Source of the DNA: Gammaproteobacteria bacterium
GTDB taxonomy: Bacteria; Pseudomonadota; Gammaproteobacteria; JAURND01
Reading direction: 5' to 3'
Assembly: GCA_047601185.1 (NCBI GenBank)
Contig: JASGJS010000001.1
Span: 1,153,118 to 1,217,117 of the forward strand
Length of the DNA: 64,000 nt
In this document: positions 63,706-64,000 of the stretch, one piece after another
Position numbering within the stretch: position 1 is the stretch's first letter
Layout of the letters: each line of letters starts with the position of its first letter
Made by a program: the position numbers and the translations under genes
The notes under the pieces: model-generated
What the model was told of the DNA's origin: nothing
Database searches by the model: none
What the model saw: only the letters and a program-made list of their open reading frames with translations

Positions 63706-64000
63706 TGCAACGATTTAAGCAAGTGCAGTATGGGTTATTGATAGGTTTAGTGCTCACTCTAACCACAGGATGTATTCCGGCCGCTTTTGTGGCCGGCGCT
63801 GGGGCGACGGGCATGGTGGTGTACGATAAGCGCAATATGTTGACGATGATGGAAGATCGGGATATGACCAATCTGATGCTGAAAAAACTCGGAGATGATC
63901 CACAACTGCGCGAGCAGACCCATATTGCAGTGGCTAGCTTTAATCATGTGATGTTGTTGGCAGGACAAGCCTCCAACGATGCTCTACGCACACGGGTTTA
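63706..64000 (+). CDS. dolP: BON-domain lipoprotein DolP/YraP (5' partial, continues beyond window)
   Basis: MQRFKQVQYGLLIGLVLTLTTGC lipoprotein signal, followed by the start of a BON domain. Truncated by the window end. Confidence 0.7.

Overview
The window looks like a gammaproteobacterial chromosome of moderate GC with sharply AT-poor islands; the gene content suggests, without proving, a Legionellales-like intracellular organism.

Core genes read directly from the sequence:
- The macromolecular-synthesis operon rpsU-yqeY-dnaG-rpoD, on the minus strand.
- purE-purK, mutY-yggX, queA-tgt-yajC-secD-secF, plsY, orn, and yraN-diaA-dolP.
- tRNA-Phe(GAA), tRNA-Leu(CAA) and tRNA-Leu(CAG).

Accessory region (about 28 kb, from just after tRNA-Phe at ~9.7 kb to ~37.6 kb):
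- A ParA remnant, a frameshifted Sel1 gene, and a TPR gene split by an IS3-family element.
- Two DUF4143 AAA ATPases flanking a LigT/2H phosphoesterase.
- An OmpR/histidine-kinase pair.
- Two nearly identical 1194-bp IS3-family copies, each with its own 4-bp target-site duplication and each clipping the 3' end of a host gene.
- Four DHA1 MFS transporters and an atypical receiver-domain gene.
- An extremely AT-rich three-gene cassette (MFS exporter, ATP-grasp ligase, Fe(II)/2-oxoglutarate dioxygenase) bracketed by ~275-bp direct repeats. This is the best candidate for an undescribed small-molecule biosynthesis/export system.

Downstream of the accessory region:
- A cyanophycin operon cphA-cphB-iaaA.
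- A serine-rich protein with a KKRKKRK nuclear-localisation-like motif.
- An LPS-core-like operon made of a GT9 heptosyltransferase plus three tandem, diverged kinase-like paralogues.

Repeats:
- Family A: a ~55-bp hairpin element in 8 copies that supplies start codons or N-terminal codons to adjacent genes.
- Family B: a GC-hairpin terminator-like element (GCGGGC-N5-GCCCGC-TGCTTTT) in more than 12 copies.
- Family C: a ~190-bp MITE-like palindromic element, including a 3 x 140-bp tandem array between secF and plsY.

All product calls come from motif and homology recall on the translated ORFs; no database search was run.
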